A stretch of DNA of 64,000 bases from an uncultured archaeon (GCA_963817525.1 CAWFOU010000008.1:1-64000), one strand, 5' to 3'. Counted from the first letter of the stretch, positions 29,419 through 40,190 are shown. A program made the numbers and translations. The notes: generated by a model from the letters alone, not told the origin.

Positions 29419-31554
29419 TCAGCCCAACACTCCGGTCGCCAGTATGAAGAGGAGGAGGATCACCGCGAGGCCTATCGCGAAGATGAGGGTGTAGCGCTCC
29501 AGGATCCCGTTCTGGATCCTTCTCAAGCCCCTCGACAACCACTCGCCGTCGATCGCCACGTCGGTGGCCGCCTGGTCGACCACGCGGCCGTCGATCCAGT
29601 TCCCTGCCTTTGAGATGTAGACCCAGAGGGTCGCTGTGCCCGAGTTCACGCGCTCCAGCCCGTTGAGCTCGAATCCGTCGAGGAGCCACCGCGAGACGGA
29701 GAGGAGCGGGTCGACGAAGACCCTGTAGTAGATCGCGTTGAGGTACCAGCGGTTCTCGAGGAACCTGTAGAGCCCGTGGAGCACTCCGGTCTGCCCCACG
29801 ATGCTGCCCGGCTCGACGCGCCGGGCGATGTACAGCGCGTAGGCGGCCACCAACCCGACGAGGACGAACGCGAAGGCGATCCCGGCCGCCTCGAGGTTGA
29901 AGGAGAAGCCCGAGGCAACCGCCGGCAGGACGGCCGTCGGGTAGAGGCCGTGCAGGTAGGTCGTCGCGGCGCTCTCAAGGGCGCCGTCGATGTTGAGGAA
30001 CGGCGCGAGCACCCCGATGACCACGGTCATCCCGCCGAGTATCGCGTAGGGGACCCAGCCTAGAGGCCCGACCTCGTGTGGGTGGTGGTCGCCTTGCTGC
30101 TCATCGCTCTTCCCGTAGAATATCAGCCCGAACATCCTGAAGGTGTAGAAGGCGGTTATCCCCGCGGTCACGGCGCCGACGGCGAAGAGGCCCCACTGGC
30201 CAGCGCTCCACGCGGAAGCGAGCACCGCGTCCTTGCTCCAGAACCCGCTGAAGGGCGGTATCCCCGAGAGCGATGCGGCGGCGATGAGGAATATCGCGAA
30301 GGTCAGCCTCATCTTGTCCTTGAGCCCGCCCATCCCGTTGACATACTTGGTCCCGGTGACGTGGATGAGTACACCCGCTGCCATGAAGAGGCAAGCCTTG
30401 AAGATGGCGTGGCTCATGAGCTGGAAGACGCCCGCCGAGAGGCCCTGGGCGAAGTTCGTCGAGAGGCCCGCTATTCCGAGGGCCATTATCATGTAGCCTA
30501 TCTGCGAAGCCGTGGAGTACGCGAGTATCTTCTTGAGCTCGAACCCCACCATCCCCTGGGTGGCCATCAGGAACGCCGTGATGGCGCCTATCCACGCCAC
30601 CGTCAAGAAGAAGGGTTGGATGAGCCCCGGGTTGGCCTGCATCGCGAAGTAGAAGATCGGACCGATCCTCGCCACCAGCACGACCCCCGCGTTGACCATC
30701 GTCGCCGCGTGGATGAGTGCGGAGACAGGAGCGGGGCCTGACATGGCGTCGGGGAGCCACTCTTGGAGCGGGAACTGGGCCGACTTGCCGATCGCGCCGC
30801 CGAAGAGGAGGAGCGCCGCGGGTATGAGGAGGCCTTCCTTGGAGAGGGCGGTCGCCCACGAGTTGCTGCTCGCGAGGGCCTGAAAGTTGAAGGTGTGCGC
30901 GTAGATGAAGACCAGGAACAGGCCCACGAGCATCGCCATGTCGCCCACCCTCGTCATGATGAACGCCTTCATCCCGGCTTGGGACGGGGAGTAGGCCTGG
31001 TCCTCGCCGAGGACCTTCTGCCCGGGGGTCCCGACCCAGTTCTCCGGCTCGTCGTGGTAGTGGAAGCCTATCAGCGCGTAGCTGCAGAGGCCCACCCCCT
31101 CCCATCCGATGAAGAGCGCGAGGAGGTTGTCCGAGAGGACGATGAGGAGCATGTTCCCCAGGAAGAAGTTCATGAAGAACCAGTAGCGCGTGAGGCCGTG
31201 CTCGCCCCGCATGTAGTCGAGGCTGTAGACCATGATGAGCAGCGCGATGGAGGTGACCACGTTGACGATGATTATCGTGAACGGGTCGTACAGGACGCCC
31301 ATGTTGATCCCGAGCTCGGAGATCCACGGGACGGATGTCGGGATGACCGAGTTGTAGACCGAGATGGACTCGCCCTGGAGGACAGGTATCAGCAGGAGGA
31401 ACGCGAAGAGGGCGGAGAGGGCCGAGAAGGCGACGGCGGCGTAGTCCCTGACCTTGCCCCCGAGCTTCGAGAGCAGTGGCGTCAGGAGGGCCCCAACGAA
31501 GGGGAAGATGATCACCAGCCAGAGGTAGATGGAGGGTATCGACGCGGTCGCCAT
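29419..31554 (-). CDS. nuoL: Complex I subunit L
   Basis: FIGWEGVGLCSYALIGF, GKSAQFPLQEWLPDAM, SALIHAATMV, SGFWSKD. Confidence 0.95.
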   Translation of the reverse strand: MATASIPSIYLWLVIIFPFVGALLTPLLSKLGGKVRDYAAVAFSALSALFAFLLLIPVLQGESISVYNSVIPTSVPWISELGINMGVLYDPFTIIIVNVVTSIALLIMVYSLDYMRGEHGLTRYWFFMNFFLGNMLLIVLSDNLLALFIGWEGVGLCSYALIGFHYHDEPENWVGTPGQKVLGEDQAYSPSQAGMKAFIMTRVGDMAMLVGLFLVFIYAHTFNFQALASSNSWATALSKEGLLIPAALLLFGGAIGKSAQFPLQEWLPDAMSGPAPVSALIHAATMVNAGVVLVARIGPIFYFAMQANPGLIQPFFLTVAWIGAITAFLMATQGMVGFELKKILAYSTASQIGYMIMALGIAGLSTNFAQGLSAGVFQLMSHAIFKACLFMAAGVLIHVTGTKYVNGMGGLKDKMRLTFAIFLIAAASLSGIPPFSGFWSKDAVLASAWSAGQWGLFAVGAVTAGITAFYTFRMFGLIFYGKSDEQQGDHHPHEVGPLGWVPYAILGGMTVVIGVLAPFLNIDGALESAATTYLHGLYPTAVLPAVASGFSFNLEAAGIAFAFVLVGLVAAYALYIARRVEPGSIVGQTGVLHGLYRFLENRWYLNAIYYRVFVDPLLSVSRWLLDGFELNGLERVNSGTATLWVYISKAGNWIDGRVVDQAATDVAIDGEWLSRGLRRIQNGILERYTLIFAIGLAVILLLFILATGVLG

Positions 31555-31558
31555 CTTG

Positions 31559-33118
31559 TCAGAGCCCTCCTTTCAGGAACGGGAGCGAGCTCGCGAAGCT
31601 GTCCAGCATCTTCGTCAGTAGGTCCGGGTAGATGCCGAGCAGGATCGAGATGGCGGCGAGGACGAAGAGAGGGAGGGTGAGGGTCAGTGGCGCCTCGGTG
31701 ACGCTCTCCAGGTGCGCGGGGAGGGAGCCGAAGAAGATCCGCCGGACTGGCCAGAACGTGTAGGCCACGGTGAAGGCGGTGGCGATGATCGCGAGCAGGG
31801 CGATGGCCAGGTTGGTGTTGGCCCCGTACGCCCCCTGGTAGAAGATGCCCGTGAACATGATCCACTCCGCCTGGAAGCCGCTGGTCGGAGGGACCGCGGA
31901 GAGGATGAGGCCTCCGATGAGGCAAAGGGTTGCGGTGAGCGGCATCTTGCTCGCGAGCCCTCCCATCTGCTTGATGTCCCTCGTCCCGGTCCTTACCAGC
32001 AGGATGCCCGCGACGGAGAAGAGGATGCACTTGCCCAGTATGTGGCTGAGCATGTAGAAGATCCCGCCCGAGAGCCCGAGCACCGTCAGGCTCCCTATGC
32101 CCACGAGCGAGTAGGCGTTCTGGCTCATGGTGGACCAGGCGAAGAGGTACTTCACGTCGTCCTGCACCAGGGTCATCGCGCCGCCGAATATCATGGTGAG
32201 GAGCGCCACGAACATGAACGGGACCGAGAACGTCTGGAATATCGTGGGCATGTTCTGGACGAGGAGCCTCGCGATCACGTAGTTCCCCAGACCCACCGCG
32301 GTGGCCATAATCGGCGCGAAGGATGACGGCGGCTCGGCCTCGGCGGTCGGCAGCCACATGTGCACCCCGAAGACCCCCATCTTGACGAACCAGCCCAGCA
32401 TCACCAGGAAGAAGACCCAGTACGGGATGGAGGAGCCAGTGCTGAGGGTCGAGAGCGAGGAGACCGCGAAGCTCCCGGTCGACGAGTAGGCGACGAGTAC
32501 GCCCGCCAGGAAGATGAAGGCCCCGAGCTGGTTCCAGACGAAGTACATTATGGCGACCCTGCCCTTCTGCACGTAGCCGAAGAACGCGAGCAGGAAGAAG
32601 GTCGGTATCAGCATTAGCTCGAGGAAGAGGTAAAGCTCGATGAGGTTGGTGGAGAGGGAGACCCCGAGGAGGCCGGTGACCACAAGGAGGAAGTTGAGGT
32701 AGTAGATGCCGTACTGCCTCTTCCTGTCTTCCCCGTAGAGGCTCTCGAACCGCTTCCGCATGTAGGGCATCGAGTAGACCGCGGTCGCCGCGCAGACAAC
32801 GGCCATCACGAACGCAACCGGGAGGCTCAGGCCGTCGGCGAGAAACCCGAAGGTTAGCCCGGCCGCGGACGCCCACGTGTAGCTCTCGGTCACCGGAGCC
32901 CCGCCACCGTAGAGCCCGGAGCCCACGGAGAGCAGGAGAAGGGAGGCGTAGAGGAGCGCGACGAACGCTATCCAGCCGACCTGCCTCCCTAGCCTCTGCC
33001 CCGCCGCGAACGAGACGACCGCCGCGAGCAGGGGGACCAGGACCACCTGCAGGAGGACGAAGGGAATCTCGCTCAGCGAGGGGCCACTCCATCTGCTCGG
33101 CTCGGGGCGGTCCGGCAC
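31559..33118 (-). CDS. nuoM: Complex I subunit M (first copy); start uncertain
   Basis: FLADGLS, LYLFLELMLIP, VKMGVFGVHMWLPTA, SGFQAEW. Confidence 0.9.
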   Translation of the reverse strand: MPDRPEPSRWSGPSLSEIPFVLLQVVLVPLLAAVVSFAAGQRLGRQVGWIAFVALLYASLLLLSVGSGLYGGGAPVTESYTWASAAGLTFGFLADGLSLPVAFVMAVVCAATAVYSMPYMRKRFESLYGEDRKRQYGIYYLNFLLVVTGLLGVSLSTNLIELYLFLELMLIPTFFLLAFFGYVQKGRVAIMYFVWNQLGAFIFLAGVLVAYSSTGSFAVSSLSTLSTGSSIPYWVFFLVMLGWFVKMGVFGVHMWLPTAEAEPPSSFAPIMATAVGLGNYVIARLLVQNMPTIFQTFSVPFMFVALLTMIFGGAMTLVQDDVKYLFAWSTMSQNAYSLVGIGSLTVLGLSGGIFYMLSHILGKCILFSVAGILLVRTGTRDIKQMGGLASKMPLTATLCLIGGLILSAVPPTSGFQAEWIMFTGIFYQGAYGANTNLAIALLAIIATAFTVAYTFWPVRRIFFGSLPAHLESVTEAPLTLTLPLFVLAAISILLGIYPDLLTKMLDSFASSLPFLKGGL

Positions 33119-33164
33119 CGCGCGTTCGCTAAGTATCCGGGAAGCGTTGTCTCTCCCATTTGAT

Positions 33165-33473
33165 CTACCCCTTGAGGTTCTTCAGCTCGCTCACGTCGAC
33201 GTCGTCGTGGATCCTGTAAGCCACCACGACGATCGCCAGTATCACGGCGGCCTCCGCGGCGGCGAGGGCGATCGAGAAGAGCACGATCGTCTGCCCGGCT
33301 GCGGCCGGCCATAGGAACCTGTTGAAGGCGATGAAGTTGATGTTCGCTGCGTTGACGAGTATCTCCACAGAGAAGACGAGCCTCATGGCGTTCCTCTTGG
33401 TCACCAGGCCGTAGATCCCCACGCCGAACAGGAGGGCCGATACCACGAGGTAGTCCGAGAGGGCGACTGTCAT
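33165..33473 (-). CDS. nuoK: Complex I subunit K
   Basis: SVEILVNAANINF, LAAAEAAV, LKG end. Confidence 0.95.
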   Translation of the reverse strand: MTVALSDYLVVSALLFGVGIYGLVTKRNAMRLVFSVEILVNAANINFIAFNRFLWPAAAGQTIVLFSIALAAAEAAVILAIVVVAYRIHDDVDVSELKNLKG

Positions 33474-33479
33474 GCCGCT

Positions 33480-34013
33480 CTAGGAGCCCTCCCTCTCTTC
33501 GGCGGGGCGCGGGCCCGCCGGGTCCACCTTGGCCAGCGTGATCGCCCCAAGGACAGCCGCGGCGAGCACCAGCGCCATCACCTCCAGGGCCGGGGCGTAC
33601 TGGCCCGTGATGAGCTGGCCGATCCCCACGAAGCTCGGAGCGGTGGCCTGCTCGCTGGTGGTCGAGAATCCCGCCGCGATGAAGCTCGAGACCAGGGAGG
33701 CGATGAGGGCTATCACCGTGACTATAGCCGCTGCCCTCGCGGCAGGTCCCATCGAGTCGCCGAACCACCTCCCCTCCCTAACCAGCATCACCGTGAAGAG
33801 GAGCAAGACCGCGACGGCGCCCACGTAGACGGTTATCTGGAAGACGGCCACGAACGGGGAGTCGAGGAGGAAGAAGAGCGAGGCGACGCCGAAGAAGCTG
33901 GTCGCGAGCCCCACGGCTCCGTAGATGATCTCCTTGGCTTCGAGCGCAGAGATCGCCCCACCCACGGCCACGACGGCCAGAGCGGCGAAGGCCACGTCCG
34001 TCGGGTCAACCAT
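33480..34013 (-). CDS. nuoJ: Complex I subunit J
   Basis: FQITVYVGAVAVLLLF. Confidence 0.93.
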   Translation of the reverse strand: MVDPTDVAFAALAVVAVGGAISALEAKEIIYGAVGLATSFFGVASLFFLLDSPFVAVFQITVYVGAVAVLLLFTVMLVREGRWFGDSMGPAARAAAIVTVIALIASLVSSFIAAGFSTTSEQATAPSFVGIGQLITGQYAPALEVMALVLAAAVLGAITLAKVDPAGPRPAEEREGS

Positions 34014-35637
34014 GGGTCACTGTCCCTCTCTTCTGGTCGAACTTCACCCTGGCCTTGCCCAGCTCGTCCGGCGGTGGGAGCATGAGCATGTCTGGGGTGT
34101 ACTTCAGGCTGGCCTTGTCGTAGGCCGAGAGCTCATAGTCGTTGCTCATGGAGAGCGCGTCGAAGGGACAGGCATCGACGCAGTTGCTGGTCGCGAGCCC
34201 CAACGGGCTGAAGGTGTGGTCACCGTCCACCGTGACGTCCATGACCCTGAAGTCGGTCACTTCGATGGTCTCTATCTTCCTGATCGGGAGGAAGACATAG
34301 TTCTCCGAGATGTGAAACTTGTCGGCGTGCTTTGAGGGGCGGTAGTCGAAATCTATTTTCCACAATGCAGCGAGCTTGATGGCCCATCTTCCGAAGACAT
34401 CGACATGATAAGACGGTAGCTTGTCCTTTGGTTCGCTCCTCTCCAGGGTTGCCACGACTCCCACCTTGGCCAGCAGCTGCTGCAGTTGAAACGCCATGAC
34501 TTCGGACGTCGTCGTAAAGTTGAGGTACTTCTGGCGAGGCTGCCTGATCCTGCATCCATCTCCCTGCCATTCACCCTTCAGGACCTGAAGAATCTTTTCG
34601 TGTTCAGCGAAGAAGACCCAGTCAGTGAGGTGCTTGTTTGGAGCACCCTTCCCGAATTGAGAGAAGAAGTCCTCTGCCAAGGCAGAGTTGAATGCCAGCC
34701 TCAGGCCGTTCTCACCATTCTTCTTCAAGGCGGCCCGCTTTCCGAAGAATCTCTCGAGTAAGTCGTTGCAATCGGCAACAAGGCTGCCCATCTCGCTCAC
34801 GTTGAAGTCGAAGTTGACTGTCCTCCCTCCGTCGCACGACCCTTCGGCAAGGTAGAACCCAATGAGCCGGAAGAGGTCAGGGGACGCGTCGAGGACGAGC
34901 TTTCTCTTCGCGGATCCAAACCTGTGCATCGGGACGTCTCTCTCGTATTTCGCCACCGGGACTTCCTTCTTCACGACTGGACTGACAAGATAATCGCCGA
35001 GCTTCAGCTCCCCCGGCTTGTGGAACATCAGGGGCTCGGTCCTCCTCAAGAGCCTGCCGTCTTTCCTGTTCGACTTTCTTCTCGAGACAGCTATTATTGG
35101 GTGGTCAGCGGTGCAAACCAGAGGTTCTGGCTTGCCGTAGACGTGAATCTTGTAGAGTGTCCCAGTGTACCTCATGTCCCACACCTTGGTGACTGGCTTG
35201 TACTCCCCCGTGTGGGTTAGGAGCAAATCTCCTAATACAACCTCTTTTAGCTGTTTTAAGCCCGGATTAGTCACGACAGGCGTATCGGGGGCTAAACAGA
35301 GCCCGCAAAAGACGCATCTTCCGTAATCCACGGCGGGCCAGTAGTTCTTCTTGTTCTGCGGCTTGTCCCTCACCATCGTCTGCATCTCGATGGCAACGGC
35401 AACGCCGTCGCAGGCGATGGCGCAGAGCTGGCAGCCCGTGCACTTGTCCTCCTTGAGGACGTGCCTGCCCTTGAACCCTGGAAGGCCCACGCCCGCCTTC
35501 GGGTCGAAGCGGTAGCCCGGGCCCTGCAGGTCGAGCTTCTGGTCGGGGTAGCGCAGGGTCATCCTGGGGCGGAAGGCGTGCCTGACCCCCGCCCAGCCCG
35601 CGGTCCAGGCGCCCTTGATCTGAGATAGCATTCCCAT
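34006..35637 (-). CDS. nuoI: Complex I subunit I interrupted by an intein
   Basis: CTGCQLCAIAC, and a second ferredoxin motif CVFCGL|CVDACP split by a 372-aa insert. Confidence 0.93.
   Translation of the reverse strand: MGMLSQIKGAWTAGWAGVRHAFRPRMTLRYPDQKLDLQGPGYRFDPKAGVGLPGFKGRHVLKEDKCTGCQLCAIACDGVAVAIEMQTMVRDKPQNKKNYWPAVDYGRCVFCGLCLAPDTPVVTNPGLKQLKEVVLGDLLLTHTGEYKPVTKVWDMRYTGTLYKIHVYGKPEPLVCTADHPIIAVSRRKSNRKDGRLLRRTEPLMFHKPGELKLGDYLVSPVVKKEVPVAKYERDVPMHRFGSAKRKLVLDASPDLFRLIGFYLAEGSCDGGRTVNFDFNVSEMGSLVADCNDLLERFFGKRAALKKNGENGLRLAFNSALAEDFFSQFGKGAPNKHLTDWVFFAEHEKILQVLKGEWQGDGCRIRQPRQKYLNFTTTSEVMAFQLQQLLAKVGVVATLERSEPKDKLPSYHVDVFGRWAIKLAALWKIDFDYRPSKHADKFHISENYVFLPIRKIETIEVTDFRVMDVTVDGDHTFSPLGLATSNCVDACPFDALSMSNDYELSAYDKASLKYTPDMLMLPPPDELGKARVKFDQKRGTVTHG
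34183..35298 (-). mobile_element. Intein with LAGLIDADG endonuclease in nuoI
   Basis: Starts CLAPDTPV; block B CTADHP; LIGFYLAEG and LKGEWQGDG; ends VMDVTVDGDHTF...ATSN followed by C; lower GC than the exteins. Confidence 0.93.
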
Positions 35638-35641
35638 CGGC

Positions 35642-36910
35642 TCAGAGGCCTCCTATGGTGTAGAGCCCTAGCGAGAGGACGAGGAGCGCGATGAAGAGGT
35701 TGAGGAAGGAGAGGAACATGAGCTTCGACCACCCTCCCTTGAGGAGGACGTCTATCCTCACCCTGGGGAGGACCGCCCTGGGGAGCATCATGGCCACCAT
35801 CACTATGAAGGTCTTGATGATGAACCACGCCGGCGGGAGCAGCCCGGGCCCGAACCAGCCGCCGAGGAAGAAAGTGGTGAAGATGCCCGCAAGCGCATAG
35901 AACTTGATGTAGGTCGCTAGCTGGAAGACGCCGAAGTTCATCCCGCCATACTCGGTCTGCCAGCCGGCCACCAGCTCCGTGTCGGCCTCGGGGAGGTCGA
36001 ACGGGATCCTCTCGAGCTCGGCGAGGACGCAGATGAAGAAGACTATCGCCCCCAGCGGCTGGAGGACTATGAACCAGAGGCTGCTCTGCGCGTAGACTAT
36101 CTTGACGAGGTCGAGCGAGCCCGCGAGGACGACCACGCCGAGCACGGAGAGGATCATCGGGATCTCGTAGGCCACCATCTGATGGAGCGCCCTGAGCGAG
36201 CCGAGGAGCGAGTACTTGTTGTTGCTAGACCATCCGGCCAGCATCACGACGAGCGGGGTGAAGCTGATTATCGCGAAGACGAAGATCGCCCCGACCGAAG
36301 GGTCGGCTATGTAGGTCGTCGGTCCGAGGGGAAGGAGCGAGAGGAGGGCGCCCGATATCGCCATGAGCGCGAGCGGGACCGAGAGGTATACCGCCTTGTC
36401 GACCTCGTCCGGGATGATTATCTCCTTGAAGAGGAGCTTAAAGAGGTCGGCGAAGTTCTGGAGGATCCCCTCCCAGCTGCCGGCGTACTGCGGGCCGACC
36501 CTTAGCTGGACCTTGGCGATGAGCTTTCTCTCCACCCAGACCATGAAGACGGTGGAGAAGAGGGCCGCGAAGGTGAATCCCGGGAAGGCAGTAAAAGCGA
36601 TCAAGCTCTTCGTGGGTTCGGTGGTCAGGACCTGCATCATGAAGGAGCCTATGCCGCTCGGGCTGGTCGGGGGCGGGGGTAAGGGAAGCGGCAGGGAGGT
36701 GAAGAGGGCGAACATGCTCTTCCCGAAGAGCACCGGGGTGAGGAAGTACCCCAGGGCGAGGAGGATCGATACGAGGACGAGCAGCCCCACTACCAGTTTG
36801 ACGACGTGCCTGATGAACCCCCCGAAGGTGGTGATCTGCCTAGGCACGCTCACGTCCTCTTTTCTAGCGCTTGCACCCGCGCATGATATTTCAATCTTGC
36901 GAGGCGACAT
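35642..36910 (-). CDS. nuoH: Complex I subunit H
   Basis: VERKLIAKVQLRVGP, DLFKLLFKE, ERIPFDLPEA. Confidence 0.95.
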   Translation of the reverse strand: MSPRKIEISCAGASARKEDVSVPRQITTFGGFIRHVVKLVVGLLVLVSILLALGYFLTPVLFGKSMFALFTSLPLPLPPPPTSPSGIGSFMMQVLTTEPTKSLIAFTAFPGFTFAALFSTVFMVWVERKLIAKVQLRVGPQYAGSWEGILQNFADLFKLLFKEIIIPDEVDKAVYLSVPLALMAISGALLSLLPLGPTTYIADPSVGAIFVFAIISFTPLVVMLAGWSSNNKYSLLGSLRALHQMVAYEIPMILSVLGVVVLAGSLDLVKIVYAQSSLWFIVLQPLGAIVFFICVLAELERIPFDLPEADTELVAGWQTEYGGMNFGVFQLATYIKFYALAGIFTTFFLGGWFGPGLLPPAWFIIKTFIVMVAMMLPRAVLPRVRIDVLLKGGWSKLMFLSFLNLFIALLVLSLGLYTIGGL

Positions 36911-36961
36911 CCTCGGTTTTCCGGGAGACCGCCTCGTGGGTGCGTTCGCATTTTCTTCAAC

Positions 36962-38616
36962 CTAGAGAGCGGCCGCGTAGTCCTGGAGCATCTTCCTGTA
37001 GATGCTCCGCGGCGGGAACCCTACACCGGTGAGGTAGGTGGAGAACTTCACCCTCCCCTTGTCGTCCTTTATGGTGTCCTCGATGGCGTGGATCTCCTCG
37101 CCGACCACCGCGTACGCGGTCGCGTAGCCCGGGAACATCCCCTCGTGCGCGGGGAAGAGCTGGTAGTAGACGTTGCTCTTCGGGACGCCCGTGTGTGCGT
37201 TGGCCCAGTCGATGAACTCGAAGAGCGTCTGCTTGCCTGTGTTGATGCGGACGTCCCCGATCACCCTCAGGAACCTGATCAGCCGCCACTTGCGGGTCTG
37301 GAACTCCAGCTCCGCGTTGATGAGCTTTAGCCCGCCGTACTTTCCCAGCAGCGTCACGTATGCCTTCTCCGCCTTTGTGAGGGACCCCTTGCTCTCCAGC
37401 CTCACCGAGGCCTCGAGGAACTCCCTCTCCCTGTTGAACGACAGGCCCTCGGTCACCGGCGCCATCATTAGCGTGGGGACGAGCTCGAGCTTGCTCGGGC
37501 GCCCCCCAAAGTGGAGGACGCTGTTTGAGTGGTTGACGCAGTGCCCGTACTCCTCGTGGACTAGCAGATCCATCAGCTGGGAGACCGACTTGGGGGGGTC
37601 CCTCTTCGGGTCGGTCGTGAGGAAGTAGATCTGGAAGGGCTTCTTGGTGAAGGTGTCGAAGAACGACGCCGCTCCGGTCGGGAGCATCCCGGAGAGGTAG
37701 GCCGGCGTCTGGATGACCTTGGTCTTGTACTTCTTGTTGATCCTGACAACATCCTCGTCGACGAACTCCTGTATGACCTTCCTCATCCCGTTGGTGATCC
37801 TCAGGAGGTCCTTCGGCTTCAGCCTCGCCCTGTCGACGAGGTGCTTCTCGACGGCCTCCGGGGTCGCGTCGCACTTGTACTCCTTCGCGAGCCTCTTCGT
37901 CACGTTGCGGTAGCGCGGGAGCTCCTCCGCGAGCCACGCGAGCGCCTTCTTCTCCAGGTCGTCCGGCGTCTCGGTGTAGTCCAGCCCGTTCTCGAGCGCG
38001 ACCCGGTAGAACCTCTCCCTCCCGAGCGCGAACTTGGTCCTCTTGAACGCAACCTCGACCTCCTCGAAGGTGCCCTTCCCGAAGCCCTTGAGCTCGAAGA
38101 GCGAGACGAACTTCTTCGCCTTCTCCCTGAGCCTCTCGCAGTCCCTCTTCAGCTCCTTGCCCTTGATCTGCCCCGATATCGCGTCGAGGACCTCGATGAC
38201 GCCGTCCAGCCTGTAGAGGGTGAGAGCCTTGACGGCGGAGGGGACGTCCCTCTTCGCGAACCTCTTCTGGGTGGCGTCTATCGCCTTGATGGAGTCGGAG
38301 ACGAGCGAGGAGATGTGCGCCTCGTTGACGCCCTCCTTGGTGAGGTGGTTGAAGATCGAGCCGACGATGTCGTCTAGGACGGGTTGCGGCTCGTCGAACG
38401 AGAGGGTAGTCTCCATGCAGTCGAGGAGTCTCCCCTGGAGCTCGTTCGTCGTCCTCCGCCTGAGCGCCCTGACGCTCTCGAGCGCGCGCCTGACGTTCTC
38501 TTCGCTGGGGATGAACAGCCGCCCGGCGTATTCCTCGAACCCGCATGTGTATGCTCCGGACGGGGAGAGCTCCTTCCAGAGCTCGAATATCTCGTCGTCC
38601 AGGGATTTGGTCACCA
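36962..38616 (-). CDS. DUF885-like putative zinc metallopeptidase
   Basis: LLVHEEYGH, TEGLSFNRE, RVIGDVRIN, PGYATAYAVVG; start approximate. Confidence 0.65.
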
Positions 38617-38631
38617 AAGTCGACCAGCGCC

Positions 38632-40113
38632 TCACGCGGCCACCGCAGACAAGTTGAAGCGGCTCTTGGTGTCGTCTATCTCTACCAGGAGCTTCTTCCT
38701 CCACTCCGGGAACCCCTTCGGGGTCGTGGGGTAGGTGAGGTTGTGCTGGACGAGCGCCTCACTCTTGTCGGCCGTGTAGCGGAGCCCCTTGGCGAGGTCC
38801 ATCTGGCTCGCTGCCCTCATGAGGAGCACCGGGTTGAGCTTGCTGATCGAGTTAAACCTGGGGTGGCGCCTCTCGGTGATGGCGTCGATGTCCTCCTGTG
38901 TGAGGAAGTGCTTCATCCCGAAGTTGATCTGCTCGTTGGTGATGGTCTGGAGGTAGCGCCTGAGGACCTCGAACGATGCCATCTGGTAGCCGTGGGTGGT
39001 CATGTACTCTGAGTTATAGGCCCATAGGCCCTCCTGGGAGACGTCGTTCGCCTCGATTGCGTGCGCCGCCACCTTGCCCAATATCATCGCGGCGTACATC
39101 GACGGCCCAATCCCCCCCGCGTCGAGGGGCCTGGGCAGCCAGGCGGCGTCCCCTACCACGGCGAACCCGTTCGCTACCATGCAGTCGTTCTGCCTCCTTA
39201 CCGGGACCTGCCAGTTGCCCTTCTCGTTCCCCTTGTCGTCAGGGTTGGTCGAGAGCCGCCCGTTCCTGATGCACGGGTTGTCCTTCACGTACTGGTCGAT
39301 GAGCGTGGAGAGGTTGTCGCTCAGGCCCAGCTTCTTGTTCCTCCTGTCGAGGCCGGGCTTCGAGACGCCGAGCCCGATGTTGACCTTGTTCTGCCCCTTG
39401 GGGAAGACCCAGGCGTAGCCCGCGGGGGCGATGACCTGGTCGAGGTGGATGAGGCAATAGTCAGGGGTGAAGTACGTCTCGTCCTGTACCCCCTGGTCGA
39501 ACTCCATGAGGTAGCGGCCCGTCGCCTCCATGTCCTCGATGTCTATCTCCCTCTCGATGTAGCTGTCTATCGGGTTGAACTTCCTGAGCACGGAGGAGGA
39601 GCCTGACGCGTCGATCACCATCTGCGCGCTCGCCTTGAAGGGGTTGCCCTCCGAGTCGCGGCCCTGAAGCCCTCTGATGTAGCCGTCCTCCGCGACCAGC
39701 TTCTCAGCGGTGGTCCCGAACTTGAACTCGACCCCAAAGCCCTTCGCGTCCTTTACCTGCCGCTTTGGCATCAGCTTCCTGTTGAGTATGAACCCCTCGC
39801 CCTCGAAGAGGACCTTGGTCTGGTGGTCGGGCGAGTAGACGTAGATCCCCTTGACGGGGTGCTCGAGCTCGGGGGAGCCGTACTTTACCCCGATGCTCTT
39901 CTCGATGAATCCGATGCTCTTCTTGCTCGCGGCGTCGCCGCAGATCCACCCGTTGTTGGTCTTCTTTCCGGGTTCCTCTTCTGTGTTCCTGTCGACGACG
40001 AGGACACGCGCACTTTGCTTCGAGTAGTAGCCTATCGCAGCGGCGGTGAGGAGGCCGGACATGCCACCGCCTGCGATTATCACGTCATAGTCGTATTTCG
40101 CCAAGCATTGCAC
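38632..40113 (-). CDS. Geranylgeranyl reductase family flavoprotein (DGGGPL reductase-like)
   Basis: DVIIAGGGMSG, ICGDA, GYAWVFPKG, VGDAA, AGGIG. Confidence 0.88.
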   Translation of the reverse strand: MQCLAKYDYDVIIAGGGMSGLLTAAAIGYYSKQSARVLVVDRNTEEEPGKKTNNGWICGDAASKKSIGFIEKSIGVKYGSPELEHPVKGIYVYSPDHQTKVLFEGEGFILNRKLMPKRQVKDAKGFGVEFKFGTTAEKLVAEDGYIRGLQGRDSEGNPFKASAQMVIDASGSSSVLRKFNPIDSYIEREIDIEDMEATGRYLMEFDQGVQDETYFTPDYCLIHLDQVIAPAGYAWVFPKGQNKVNIGLGVSKPGLDRRNKKLGLSDNLSTLIDQYVKDNPCIRNGRLSTNPDDKGNEKGNWQVPVRRQNDCMVANGFAVVGDAAWLPRPLDAGGIGPSMYAAMILGKVAAHAIEANDVSQEGLWAYNSEYMTTHGYQMASFEVLRRYLQTITNEQINFGMKHFLTQEDIDAITERRHPRFNSISKLNPVLLMRAASQMDLAKGLRYTADKSEALVQHNLTYPTTPKGFPEWRKKLLVEIDDTKSRFNLSAVAA

Positions 40114-40190
40114 CAGGATTGGGTATTTCGCGAAAGCAACTAATATCTATATAAGCGCTTCTCCGACGTTATAGGCGAGGAGGCGCTTGG

